NCBI GenBank assembly: GCA_051294905.1
Contig: CM119373.1
Span: 8,680,001 to 8,744,000, forward strand
Origin: Botryllus schlosseri
Lineage: Eukaryota
Direction: 5' to 3'
DNA length: 64,000 nt
Shown in pieces: positions 1 through 12,922 of this stretch. Under the pieces are notes generated by a model. It saw only the letters and a program-made list of their open reading frames with translations. It was not told the DNA's origin and ran no database searches. Made by a program: the position numbers and the translations under genes. Within the stretch, counting starts at the first letter, position 1. Each line of letters starts with the position of its first letter.

Positions 1-1276
1 CATAGCCATTTTTCGCGACAACACCTAAGACATAAGCCATCTCTCGCGACTTGCCATTACATACATTCCAATCGCCACAGTGTAATATGTTGGTGGTTTT
101 TTGCTATTAAGTAATAAGTAACGAATAACAGAACCGTCGCAGACTCGAAAACCAACAATTTGCCACTTACCCGCGATCGCTATATGTTTTCACACCTCCG
201 GAATAGTGGTTGACTTTAGTTGCATGATAAGAATCATGAGAATATTCAATCAATGTGTTAATTTGTCAACTTGAAATGAAACTCACTACACAGCTCAAGT
301 TGATTCGTATCTGAATGTTATAATTCGGTACAACTCTAATCCTTTGAGAAATCTTTTTAACGCGATCTGTTGAATCGAACGTAACGTGAATATTACTGAC
401 GCCAACATTCAGCCGCATCGGATTATTCACACGTGTCACGCCGCTGTTTTTCACACCTATAGAATCAATACCAACTATCTCTTTACCGAAAATATTCAAT
501 CATTTTGTTAATTTGTCAACTTGAAATCAAACTCTTGACAAATACACACATCCTATCATTTACCAACTCAAATAATCCAGGTGTCGGAATCCGTTCGTCA
601 GATGTACTAAAGGTGAATTTAGATAATCCAGAATGAAATATTTGGACTTTGACATAGTCTGAATTGAAATAGATTGACAAACATGACTACCAGTCTGAAT
701 TGAAATAGATTGACAAACATGACTACCAACTTTCAACTCAGTCATATTTAGAGATTATACGCATATTGATTTGAAACAAGTAATGAAACCTTACAACTCT
801 ATTCACGACTGAGTTTTCCGTTTGTCAAATAGAGTTTCAGTAAATATTTCAAAATTGACAACCACTTGCGCATACCACGATCGAGTTCCGACGCGATGAG
901 TTAAATCGGAATATTTCAATCTATTTGTCGCAACCTTGAACAAGCTATCTGGTTATTTTTTGTTGCAATTGAGTTAACAGAAATAGTATTACGTTATTAC
1001 GTCTCGACATTTTAACATCTCACCATACTCGAAAGAGTCAACAAGGAAAAACCTTGTCAAGTCAATCCGTTTGTAACTTACCAGACCAACTCAACAGTAT
1101 CCATATGAAAAGTAAACAAGATTACGCTAGTACATACAACCCACAAACATATCAAGTTCGGTTGTATTCGTGTTGCGACGACGCATCTTTTTTTATTCAA
1201 TTTTAAAGTCGTTACTATTTTGTAAGACAAAAGTAATTAGTACACAGCGCACGCGACTTGACATTAACATATATTA

Positions 1277-1473
1277 GTTATGGCATCAGAATTCTTTGTT
1301 TTGAACAGAGGGGGCTCAAAATTGAATTTTTTTAAAATTAGCGATATTTCACCTCAAAAACGTGATGTCATGGAGAAAATCGGAGGCCATTTTCGGATTC
1401 AGCGCCCCAAAATTAGCCAAAATCAGTTGTCAAAACTCAAACCTGAAAAAAAGTTGAAATTTGTAGACCAGTG
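1277..1473 (-). mobile_element. Chapaev3-like (CMC) DNA transposon 5' terminal fragment
   Basis: The minus strand begins CACTGGTCTACAAATTTCAAC at 1473, flanked by TAA (TWA-type target). Near-identical to 9204-9402, which adjoins a Chapaev-like transposase remnant. Confidence 0.6.
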
Positions 1474-1542
1474 TTATTCATCGTTGCAGCGGATAAGTTG
1501 TCGCCATTAACGACCACACTCTTCCAGTGTCCCGTACGGCTT

Positions 1543-2094
1543 TTATGCTTTCTTCCAACAGCCATTGCTGCTTTCTTCCAACAGCCATTGCTTGTCTATG
1601 TCTAATTCTTCCATATTATTGGTAGGGAGCGACAAATTAATGCCGCCGTATTCTTGCACATCATTCTTTTTCCTTTTATTAACACTTGAATTGTTCATAT
1701 TCTGGTCCCTTGATTTATTTTTTCGCCGTTCATTTTCCACAATATAGTTGACGCGCAAGTGAATTGTGACCACTGCCGATGCAACACCACTCGCGATATC
1801 TATTAAAGAGCTTGGATATTTCGAGATAATTGCGTGGGCAATCGTCCCCAGCTCTTTCTTCGTTGGGTTGTGTTTGAACTTCATTATTTTGTGCGCAAGA
1901 AGACGAACCACCACCCTGCGTTGATCATCTGGAGGAATCTTGTTATTCATACAGCATTTGATCAGTGGTGCGGTAAAGGACTGCCAGGGTACTTCAAACG
2001 AATAGCACCATGGCGCATCACATGTTCCAGAGTTAGTGGACGTGTTCGGTATACTTTCCTCGCAGGAGGCATCGGAATCTGCCGATTCGTTCAA
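1543..2094 (-). pseudogene. Fragment of CACTA/EnSpm accessory ORF2 (SAMD3-like protein), second copy
   Basis: The 183-aa ORF is a near-identical paralog of 9443-10030, which lies inside the TIR-bounded CACTA element. It lacks the N-terminal part present at 10008-10196. Confidence 0.55.
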
Positions 2095-3469
2095 ATCATC
2101 TTTGAGTCCAGAAATTAGTTAAGAGCTCTCCTCTTCAAGTTTATGTTTCGAGTATACGAGATCTGAATGTCTGTCCAACGTAGTTGAGAATTCATTTCTT
2201 ACAATCGAACGCAGGTGTTATATTGAAAATTATCATGATGTAAACATAAGGATTTACACATTAGTTTGACATACGAGATTTTGTAATAGTCGATCATGAC
2301 GTAATTGAACCGGCGTTGGTTATTGCGATATCAACAAACTTTTCAGAGATATTTTTAATAACGCATGAATTTGTAAAACGAGGACTTGCATGTGTGAAAT
2401 GTTTTTGATCGGGAAATTAATCCGGGGTCGTTCGAAGCGTGCGATCAATATTTAATCCTTTCACACTCACCATTGTACGTGCTAAATGTAAAAAACATTG
2501 TGAAGTCTATATAGATTTACACTTCAAAGCTTTGATCAGCGCAGAAGCAATTGTAATATCTTTACCGTTGCATCCTATTCAACCAACCTTGGTTAATGCA
2601 AAACTCATAACAATAAAATCGAAGTATGTACTACACTGAAATCTACAAAAATATGTTTGTATTGTTGCTCGTAGTAGTGATACCGATTTGAACCTCCGGA
2701 ATAATTGTCATCATCTAACCAAACTACTGAAAGTCGTTGTCAATTTGTCTGATGTTCACTGATTGCATTCTACAACTATTTGAGCAACGCACACGATCAG
2801 AGAAATTGGAAATTTTCCCATTGTCATTCGTCAAAGTAAATGTCGTCACAATACTCAGTCACTAAAAGACCATATACTTGTATGTGATTGAATCGCCGGT
2901 AATTAACTCGCTAAATCAAACCCCAAGGAAATTTCACTCACTCATTGGATATTAAACAGCGTCGCTTAATCGGTGTAGATCGTTTTTTCTAAATGCAAAT
3001 CATACCTGAAAACAATTTTCACTCTCCTGGTAATGAAACCAAGTAAGTGGTGGGTCTTCGTTCAATATTTTGTTTGTGTCAAATACTTTGCAATAAACAC
3101 GATGGAGTGGTCGGGCTTTACATCATCAAGCTGTCATTTGTATCGTTTAATTAACCGATATTTAGCGATTGGTGAACATACCGAACGATACACATCCACT
3201 TCCGAAATACTGCGTTGATCTAATTTCCACCATAGTGATAATCGAAGTACATTTGTTTCGAATTCGTAACAACCGGCTTTTCTATGACATGATGAATTTT
3301 TGACAAATTATGCTTAGAAGATTGGTTACATATCGCAAAAAATAATATACCGCTCATATTGATACTGTTACTCCAGTGACCGGCATTACTCCAGTGCCGG
3401 CATTTTCCCCGTTGTCGGTTTTCAACGAGTAAAAGTTATTACTTGAGTTACACCTCTTACTATATTTAA

Positions 3470-4325
3470 CCCTTTTAAAGGGAGGGGGGTCACTGGTGAC
3501 CCAAGTTCAAGTTCATCTCTCAATTCCTCCAAAGATATAGGTCGTAGCGGACTGCTTTTGGTTTCTACGGAAAGCCTGCTATCTTCTGATTTATGTGATA
3601 CCTAATTTGAAGGCATAGGGCATGAACATTTTTGAATACCGACGATCTTACACATGAAGAGTTCGGCTGAAAATACCCATGCCTAAAATTTCCAGATATT
3701 TTCCAAGTGGGAAATTCTGCCAGAACATAAGTTGACTTGTATGGTATTCTGTGTTATTTATCACCGTTTCGAACATCAAACTTTGTTCTGGGGAGTTTTC
3801 TGAGGGGGTTTGTTAATTGTGGTCACGCTTCGGTGATTTTCAAGAACATAGCCAAGTTCAAGTCGAAGTTCATGACGGAATATGAGTCATAAACTGGTTT
3901 ACTATGCCTGCAAATTGTGGGATCTGGCAAGAGAAAGTATACCACGTTGTTTCATGCCATTAACTGGGCGGTAGGGGGTCGATTCGGTATTGATCTTGAA
4001 CTTGACCATTATTGTTTTACCATTGCTTGTTTGAAACCAGGCAACGGTGGCTACGTACTGTGGCATCATTTTGACTCTCTTGACGCTATCCTGGGGGTCA
4101 GTCTGAAAAAATGAGAGAGAAAGACATTTTTCAGAGAAAAAGTTTGTTTATTTAGTCTTATAAAGAACCCTAGACATGGGGTGTCGATCGAGGGTGGAAA
4201 CGGTAGGGGGCTATACTCCGGCCACTTTTAAACTGGAACAGCTCAGATTAAGGTATTGGTGAGGTCATGGTATGAATTTGAAAAGTGATGGTCAATTCTG
4301 CAAAATCTGACCCCCATTAAAAGGG
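3470..4325. mobile_element. piggyBac-type non-autonomous element (MITE)
   Basis: TTAA at 3466-3469 and 4326-4329. Termini CCCTTTTAA...TTAAAAGGG, with subterminal GGGGGTCA/TGACCCCC. No transposase ORF. Confidence 0.85.
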
Positions 4326-5306
4326 TTAAATGTAAACTCATCCGTCTTTCAATATCGCAAAGACATCGATAAAAAGTATGCAATCAAACGCGACAAGTTT
4401 TACTTTTGTTGACTGTGTATGATTATACAACGCAACTCATTTCTTACCAAAGACATACGAAATATATTCATGGCACACAAAAATACTCTACATTCCCATT
4501 CTACGAACCCGTGCAATGATTGGCGGCGCTTTCAAACTGTTTCGATATCTCAAGAACTTCATTGTATGAATGGATGCTCGTGCGTCTCAATATTCAAATA
4601 GTTCAACACAGAACTAGTACTTACAGAAACATCTGAGTTGTTTACACAAAAGTTTGTATGTGTACAGTATGTGATAACCATGTGTAAGTCCTGCACAACC
4701 ACGGTATCTCTCTGAGTTTGGTTAACACGGTTTATGACACCGGTGTCGCATCATCATTCGTAAGACAAACAAACCAACCACGCCTGCAGGATATGTCCAC
4801 ATCATAGCAATAAATCAGCTACTCCTAAAAAAGAGCACGTATGTTTTCTCGACACGACCCTTACATCTTACACACGAAACAATCTACTTTGTTAATGAAA
4901 AATGCTAGTCATCAAATGCTTACCTTCGCAACAGATGAAAGATATTTTCATACAAAAATGCGCCTAACCCTTTACACACCGGTGACAAATTTTGCAATGG
5001 TTATGTTTATTTAGTGAGTCGAGCTGTTGTTCAGCGTCAAGTCTCCACGTTGAAGCGAAGCGTACATTAAAAGAGTGCAATTCAATTAAAACAACGAATC
5101 TATTTTCATTCAACGAATCTATTTTCATTCAAACTGTCACGACAAATAAAATCTACATACAACAATCTTCTGACAATCATAATAGCAATTTCATTCTCTC
5201 CCTTCGTAATTGTATACTCTCGACAACTACGTTTAACAAGACCAATGACACTGAACTCACGACGGTTACCTGTGTAAAATTACCACTTTCACTTGGAGGT
5301 CCGCCG

Positions 5307-5923
5307 TTACCTAAGTAAAATGAGCAACAATACATTTTCACTTGGAAATCTGTCATTTACATGAGCAACAACACCATTTTCACTTGGAGATGCGGTGTTT
5401 ACCTGATAAAAATACCATTTTCGTGTTGAAATCTGACAACCACACCCAGCAATTTGGTAATCGTTGTATTGATGACAGTTGGAAATTGATTGCAACGAAC
5501 AGTGACAGAATATACACGGACTACCGGTTTCAGAGTATACCAGCGTCAGTCGAATCACATCAATATCATCGGTTAGCCGCATGAAATAACAATATGCTCT
5601 TGTACATCGAAATGTGTGTTTTGGAAATTGGACAATAGGTTTCGATATGTGCGTGATGTCCGGGTTCGTGCTTTGGATTGTCCAGAGTCAAAATGTCTGA
5701 ATCAAACACCCCCCATCTCGACTTTGACACCTGGTTGGTACGTGGATAACGGTGTTCGGAAAACGGTTGAATTTGTGTTCCCCATCGCGCTAACGATTCC
5801 GGGTTGAGTTTTCTCGCGCATGTTTACTATATTATGTCTTTATTGGTCAATATACGTCGCTACATTCGGGTTGAAATCGGAAACCCTGATAAAGTATGTA
5901 ACCGGATCCGGATATTCACTCAT
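5307..5923 (-). pseudogene. Two overlapping decayed ORFs of unknown function (MSEYPDP... and MRLTDDIDVI...)
   Basis: Inverted paralog at about 15083-15560 (roughly 80% identity by eye) with several synonymous third-position differences. Both copies keep the same start codons and the same stop/start overlap. Confidence 0.5.
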
Positions 5924-6337
5924 GACCCAACAATCAATATTCAAGTAAACATGTTACACCCTGTGTTTCCACGAAAAAATACCAATGCGCCATCCACACA
6001 TACGTCACGATTTATCACGTAAATAGAGATGAGTGATATTGCATGCAATGTATCGGTATACAAAGATCAAGGAATAAACCTTCGATCCACACCCCTGACT
6101 CACTTCCCTTTTTCTGTGTACCTCCTCATCTCGATATCTCCGGTATGTTCAATTAGACACAGGAGTATACACAAGCACAAAAAACTTTATTCATGCGATC
6201 ACATAAAACATAACAAGAGCGCAATAACGTTAAGTGGGTAACCATGTGTTTACCTACGTTGCATTTATGCGCGAAAATCTTCCCACAGATCCCTCACTAA
6301 TATTTTTCTAGCCCTATGTGGGTAGCGATATGCATTT

Positions 6338-6688
6338 TCAAAGTACTTTTACGAGTGAACGCCTTGCCGTAGATCTGACATTCGTGGTTTTCCCGCCAAG
6401 GTGTTGTTCGATATGCATTTTGAGGTTCCATTTTCTGGCGAAATGACACCCACATATCTCGCAGCCGTGGTTCTTGATGCCAGCATGCAGTCGCAGGTGC
6501 TCGTTGAGACGACCTCTGTTGGTGAATCTCCTCTCACATATCCAACATTCTTGGAGAGTAACCTCGGCGTTTTCCATTATTAACCACGTAACGATATTTC
6601 TGAAATGATAACAGGATAAGTATAAACACATTCTAAACTCTCGAAGTCTGAACGAGCGAGATAAGGCTGGTTTTCTCAATATACGCAA
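6338..6688 (-). CDS. Small protein with two tandem C2H2 zinc fingers
   Basis: CWICERRFTNRGRLNEHLRLH-AGIKNHG-CEICGCHFARKWNLKMHIEQH: two C-x2-C-x12-H-x3-H fingers with a TGEKP-like linker. The likely start is the internal Met (MENAEV). Confidence 0.7.
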   Translation of the reverse strand: MRILRKPALSRSFRLREFRMCLYLSCYHFRNIVTWLIMENAEVTLQECWICERRFTNRGRLNEHLRLHAGIKNHGCEICGCHFARKWNLKMHIEQHLGGKTTNVRSTARRSLVKVL

Positions 6689-6790
6689 TAATATAATTAC
6701 CCTAACCGCTTAGGTTTGTTATTTACCTATTTCCTTCAAATTTTACTGTGTATTCGATGTAATTGTTAGCTTAGCTATAAACACTGCACA

Positions 6791-7758
6791 TAGGGTTGTG
6801 TTTAAAACAAAAATCAATTTAAAACACACATGTTTAAAACATGGCCCTTGTTTAAAACATGTTTTTTATTGTTTTATTTGTTTTTTTTTCTACCCATGAT
6901 ATCCTAATGATGACGAATACCTTCTACAATGACGATACAGTGATTACTGCGACTGCACGGCATGGAATGCTCGAAGAAAATCCTTGTATTCAACGAATAT
7001 TTTATTGAAAAAAAAATTACTGAGTGGCTTCCACGGCACACTGAGCAGCATAGAGCCACAACTGCTTTACTTTTACGATATCATCGTCAATATTGTCCAT
7101 AAATAAGTCATCCTGCATCATGGACGGAGTTTTGAAATCGTCCCGCCCTTCAAGTCGACTGAATATACCATTTACATGACTCAAAAGAGTCGTAGGGTGT
7201 GCATCATCATGGTCAGTTCCGCTGCGTACTTCCTCGGCTTCGCTGATTTCATCGATAACCTTCTCAGATTCTTCTTCCTCCGCAAGTATTCTATTAAACT
7301 TCCCTAATAAGTCTTTCGATTTCTGACAGTCGGGATTTGCTGTAATGCAGGGTGCCCAAACTGAGCTATCTCCATGAAAGACACCCGTTTTCATATCATA
7401 GGCCATCCATTGCTTGACAAATTCGTGAGAAGTCGATCGCAAAGGATACAAATCATTGAATAGTTGAAGCGCAAGGTCTCTTATCTTTCGCCTCCCTGGC
7501 CGATTTAAGCCGCATTCCCGCGCTCTTGGATCCAAAATCCACGACACGAATTGGTGTGGCTCAATGTAATTGGCATTCCTACCATATTGTATGCGTCGAC
7601 GATTTTGTGTGCAAATCGTCCGAGGGTTCATGCTATATGATTTTTGAAAATATCATGACAGGTTACGATATAATTATAAATACTTTGAAAAAAAAAACAC
7701 AATTGTTTTTTTTTTCTAAATGGCATTTAAACAACCGTTTGTTTTAAATGCAACCCTA
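6791..7758. mobile_element. Non-autonomous hAT-type element carrying a cargo ORF
   Basis: TIRs TAGGGTTGTGTTTAAAACAAA / TTTGTTTTAAATGCAACCCTA. 8-bp flanks actgcaca (6783-6790) and actgcacg (7759-7766) match at 7/8. Confidence 0.7.
7017..7631 (-). CDS. Hypothetical 204-aa protein with acidic C-terminal half, inside hAT TIRs
   Basis: Uninterrupted ATG-to-TAA ORF in AT-rich DNA, with AATAAA about 8 nt after the stop. No recognisable transposase motif. Confidence 0.55.
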   Translation of the reverse strand: MNPRTICTQNRRRIQYGRNANYIEPHQFVSWILDPRARECGLNRPGRRKIRDLALQLFNDLYPLRSTSHEFVKQWMAYDMKTGVFHGDSSVWAPCITANPDCQKSKDLLGKFNRILAEEEESEKVIDEISEAEEVRSGTDHDDAHPTTLLSHVNGIFSRLEGRDDFKTPSMMQDDLFMDNIDDDIVKVKQLWLYAAQCAVEATQ

Positions 7759-8399
7759 ACTGCACGCCAAATTTGGCTCAATTCAGAACTGTGGAAGCGG
7801 GGTTACACTACAAAAAAATACACAAATTTGGTCTCGAATTTGAGACACGAGGATGATTTGGTTTCATTTTCAGCAATCTATGTCTTGCTGATAAATTGAG
7901 TCATATCCTGACTTACAATCGTAAACACAGCATTTGTTGACCATTATCGATTATGAGTCACCAAGTATACAGTCAGTCACCGTGAGAAAGGCCACATGAA
8001 CTACCATGGCAAATTTTTGAAATATTGTGGTGTGCGTGCTGAATATCACAACATCAATTATTTACCAACTGCATTAAGGCATACTAATACCTCATGCTAT
8101 AAGCTGTTCAAAACGGCTGCTAAACCTATCTCCACTACAATAAGGAAACAGTCGTCCCTGTAGTATTAGTTAGGCACAGTATCATTCTATCCCGATTCAA
8201 ACTCGTCCACTAGTTCAGAAACTAATGGGACTGCTTCATAGTAGCACAATCGCATAACGGTAGCCTACCTAATACTATAGGATGGTCTACTCTTGAGAGG
8301 GTTTGGGGAACATTTGTGCAGTATCCGTATAGAGGGCGGTTAATCATGTATGGGAATGATAAAGAAATCGGTAACAGTATTAGAGGGTAAATTATAGGA

Positions 8400-9402
8400 C
8401 CTAATGGGGCAAAACGGCATTTGGACTAACAAGGATGAATCAAAATTTTACGACTGATTAACAATACGTGAGCTTCTCATACATTCGTCATTGATTGGGT
8501 ACGAGACATCTCGAGTTCAGTATGAATTCAGACCGACTCGAATAGGACGGCGGATTTTATGGTATTTCTCCTTTGAGAGGCGTTCTGCCCCACCCTCTAT
8601 CCTACTGCGAGTTTGGCTATACCCGTCGGAGAAAATCATTCCGATTCTTATTTCTCTTCACTCTGACCAGAAAATTCTCTTCACTGAGACCAGAACATAT
8701 ATCATTTAAAACACTCCCCTTCACGATCCAAAGCTTCTACATATTGTTTCATGAGACCAAGTTTGATGTGAAGAGGAGGCAAAAAGATCTTTTTGATATC
8801 AACAAACTGATCACATTTTATATTTTTGTCTCTAGGCGTTAAGGTGAGCCTGGGAGGCCACTCTTCTTTGTTCCAGTGCTGATCCTTGACCCTGTCTCCC
8901 GGTAGCATAGGAAACATGGGTATTCGGTGTAGCCACTTTGTTGCCCCAGCAAAAAAAGTTCACCATTTTCAAATCTATACAGATCAGCTAGCCATGGTCA
9001 TGGTACTACAACCTTTCGAAAACCGTTTTGATGTTCTGATACTCTTCTTTCATTGTCCATAGCGATAAAATGTCACGCTTGTACCAGCTTTGGGAGTTGC
9101 TCTTTTGCATGACTATTTTCTATTGCAAAGGCGTGAAATTTCAATAAAGACAACGCAAATTTGTTTGAATATAACAGAATGCTTGTGCAGATAAAACAGT
9201 GTTTATGGCATCAGAATTCTTTGTTTTGAACAGAGGGGGGTCAAAATTGATTTTTTTTTTTTTGAAATTAGCGATATTTCACCTCAAACGTGGTGTCATG
9301 GAGAAAATCGGAGGCCATTTTCGGATTCAGCGCCCCAAAATTAGCCAAAATCAGTTGTCAAAACTCAAACCTGAAAAAAAGTTGAAATTTGTAGACCAGT
9401 TG
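8400..9402 (-). mobile_element. Chapaev3-like transposon, internally deleted, with transposase remnant
   Basis: Frameshifted motifs HGWLICIDLKMVNF, GQQSGYTEYPCFLC, LPPLHIKLGLMKQYVEALDREGECFK and SGLSEE. 5' terminus CA(A)CTGGTCTACAAA at 9402. Left boundary approximate; no 3' TIR found. Confidence 0.65.
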
Positions 9403-9442
9403 TTATTCATCGCTGCAGCGGATAAGTTGTCGTCATTAACGA

Positions 9443-10196
9443 TCACACTCTTCCAGTATCCCGTACGGCTTTCCTGCTTTCTTCCAACAGCCATTGCTGG
9501 TCTATATCTAATTCTTCCATATTATTGGTAGGGAGCGACAAATTAATGCCGCCGTATCCTTGCACATCATTCTTTTTCCTTTTATTAACACTTGAATTGT
9601 TCATATTCTGGACCCTTGATTTATTTTTTCGATGTTCATTTTCCACTCTATAATATAGTTGACACGCAAGTGAATTGTGACCACTGCCGATGCAACACCA
9701 CTCGCGATATCTAGGAAAGAGCTTGGATATTTCGAGATAATTGCGTCGGCAATCGTCCCCAGCTCTTTCTTCGTTGGGTTGTGTTTAAACTTCATTATTT
9801 TGTGCGCAAGAAGACGAACCACCACCCTGCGTTGATCATCTGGGAGGAATCTTGTTATTCATACAGCATTTGATCAGTGGTGCGGGAAAGGACTGCCAGG
9901 GTACTTCAAACGAATAGCACCATGACGCATCACAGGTTCCAGAGTTAGTGGACGTGTTCGGTATACTTTCCACGCAGGAGGCATCAGAATCTGCCGATTC
10001 GTTCAAATCATCTTTCAGTCCAGAAATTAGTTAAGAGGAGAGCTCTTAAGTCTTCTTCTTTTAGAAAACGGGCTTGTTTGGCATTTTCCACACCGAGTTC
10101 ATGAAGGCGAGCTTTGATATTTTCGTATACATCACTAGGTTGAGCGGGTAGCATTCTACCGATATCTGACAAATCCATTTTGCACTTGCCTGTCAA
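9443..10196 (-). pseudogene. CACTA accessory ORF2 (SAM-like N-terminus, SAMD3-like), frameshifted
   Basis: RLHELGVENAKQARFLKEEDL SAM-like segment followed by EVPW...HNPTKKELGTIA..IISKYP. Located downstream of the transposase inside the CACTA TIRs. Confidence 0.55.
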
Positions 10197-10498
10197 GAAG
10201 AGTATGTTGATGTTATGACTTATAACATCAACATATGATCTGCTGAAAATTTGACATATTCATGAAAACATACATATGGCATATCCCAAAGCATGAAAAA
10301 GCCAATAACCATAGTGTAATTATACGCAATTAGACTGCAACTGATACACGTTCGGGCTTGTTGAATTCAAGCCTTGTGCTCAAGTACTGTATACAGCGAC
10401 ATTCCAACAAAATATCCAACAGCTGCGAAAAATCAACAAACCTTCGTACAGTAGCATAAGGCCCATGAATCTGAAAACAGCTACGATGCGGCAAAAAC

Positions 10499-12112
10499 TC
10501 AGCTTTGCAAGGAGCAACAATAAGAGTCCCGCATCTTTATGTTGTACCAACATTCCGATTTTTCGAATTTCCAAATCAATACTATCACGACTCGTATAAC
10601 ATAGCAGTTCTCCAGTCTGTACTGCTTTCCTTTATAAGGTGCTTCGCGCAACAATTGGTAATGCTCAAAGAATCGGTACAAGCCACTCAGGACATGGATA
10701 TGTATAGGCCTTTTGATTACTCATTTTCGTTGGAAATAAGGTGAAGTTGGAAATGAGATAAGCCTGGAGAAACTGATGATTCTCACAGAGTGTTTTAGTA
10801 ATATACATGAAGTTTTATTTGGTTCTTACCACATTTTTGAAATAAGAATGCTTACTCTCAAAACGGAGAGTCCAAACATGTACCAGTGGCCCAAACTGGG
10901 TGATCAACCACGGGTAGTGAGATAAGAAGTGATGCTTTGCAAGAAATGTCAAGTTACGGTCACACAGCATGAGGAATGGTGAATTAATATAGCGATATTT
11001 TCAGTTGTGATACGCGGAGAGCAAACAGTCTCGATAATGATACGGATAACTAATATTGCCCTCCAAGCCGGGTCCTCATAATCATCAATTTTACCCATGA
11101 GATATAACGGTATAAATCGAACGAAACACCAATTCTGGCTGGCATTTCCGAACAATTTACGACATTCTTCTCTTATTGGTATTGGACGAGACGTCGAACT
11201 TTCAATATCATTACGGAAAATTCATTATCTTTGAATTCAAATAATGAAATGTAAACCACCCACGTCGAACCAAGCATTTTATGAATACCATCATATCTCG
11301 TGCCACGAGGCCTTCAAACAGATCATGATCTAAACAGGAAGGAAGACCAGGATTACAAACATGGAAATGCTCGAGTTCGTTCAACGGGGGTAAGAAAATT
11401 TTATTCCACAGTGGCTGTCAACAGATTGATTATATGTCTCAATGGTTCCGAGTGAGCATTCAGTTCTGTAGTCCGGCCATTTATCTCTTGGTGTCACACA
11501 ATATCTACATGAAAACTTGCCGGTTGAAAGATTAGTGATGAACCCGCCAATCCAATGACTACCGAGATTGTCGCCACGCCACATATTCTTTTCCGAGAGA
11601 CCAATATCTAATCCTTCTGTTTCGAGGATTTTGAGGTCTCTCATTAGCGGGTGGGGCAGTTCATAAAAGTTCGAGTCGGTAATGTATTTCTCTTTGCACA
11701 TCAAAACAAGCTAAATTTGAGCAACTTTGGATCGAGCATAGGTAGGACCGTTAGCAAACGTTACATAAAAAGCCAACATTTTGTGCTTTTTTCGACCCGA
11801 ACCAAGTGGATTTGAAATAGTGGATTTGATATTTCAAAGAAATCTTGATACAATATCAATTGGCGTTCTTTTTCGAAAAAAGGGGGTTCGATTTAAAAAC
11901 TTCTCCGTCAAAAATGCTGAACGAACCTTCAGTAGTTGTCTCATAAAACCAGTACAACATACAGTTTTTATGGTTTCCAAAATTGGCACGTAATAAAAAA
12001 GTTTTAGTTCTTCAAATGAACTTTCGATGAAATAAGGAACTGGAGCCACACAGCACGATAAATTTGCAATAGCAGTTCTACGAGAATATTCTGACAATAA
12101 TGGATGATGCAA
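10499..12112 (-). pseudogene. CACTA/EnSpm transposase, multiple stops and frameshifts
   Basis: Motifs FYYVPILETIK, GDNLGSHWIGGF...FSCRYC and GNASQNWCFVRFIPL...DPAW are typical of animal EnSpm transposases. Confidence 0.75.
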
Positions 12113-12922
12113 GTTAATACCTTTTCATTGACGTAGTGAAGTTAGACAGGAAGTTATAAGTAGAAAATGTACCATTAACCCTTTAAGATTGCTTCAAGCT
12201 GCTTCTCAACTTCTTTACCATGGGAAGCTAATAACTTATGAAGTTCCGACATTATGTCCTCGACGACTGACGACGGAACGAGGCTTTTATATTCCAACCT
12301 TGTTGCAAACATTAGGCTTGGGTTACTAATTCTCTGATTGTAGCATTGGTATCAAGCACCGGGTCGTCAGCAATTGAACTATTTAACGCATTTTCAGTAG
12401 TAAGCTGAACCAGATTCACTAGGGTTGTTCAGATTTGGACATTTTTTCTGGAAACTTGTTTTGCGAAGTTCCAAATGATAGTTTAGTACATAAAAACACT
12501 TTAACACGCGATTTTGGTCATCTTCCTTGCCCGCAAAGCCCACAAAGACCCACTGGTCAATTCTCCACCAGAGTGTTTAAGTCAAACCTTTTTCTGTAGT
12601 GTTGACCGTGTCACTGGTTCGTACCTTTTGTGAAGTTATCAGTTCAAAACGGCTGTGTAGGGATGGCAAATATATCTGTTTTCATAATTGTACTGAAATA
12701 CAGTCCTATTAATGCCAGATGTATCTTCGTTTCACCATGTACAACCATATGATTCGTGTTCATGGGAAACATTTATTGGTCACACGTTTGTTATGGATAG
12801 TATAACGAAGAAGCACAATCGTGTTGAGTCGATAACAGATGCGCGGATACTTTCAGCTGGTGTTAAGCTGCTAGTTAATTTTACTGAAAGGTATGTAATA
12901 TATTTGTTATGTCAGTAATGCC

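Larger units (their letters stand above)
7806..12601 (-). mobile_element. CACTA/EnSpm DNA transposon (decayed, two-ORF), interrupted by a Chapaev3-like insert
   Basis: Left TIR CACTACAAAAAAA at 7806 and right TIR TTTTTCTGTAGTG ending at 12601. Flanks tta/ttg. Internal transposase and ORF2 remnants lie on the minus strand. Confidence 0.7.

Noticed and set aside
12551-12560. CACTGGTCAA as the missing Chapaev3 terminus
   Set aside because: Similarity stops after 8-10 bp, the orientation is wrong to close the 8400-9402 element, and it lies in the CACTA subterminal region.
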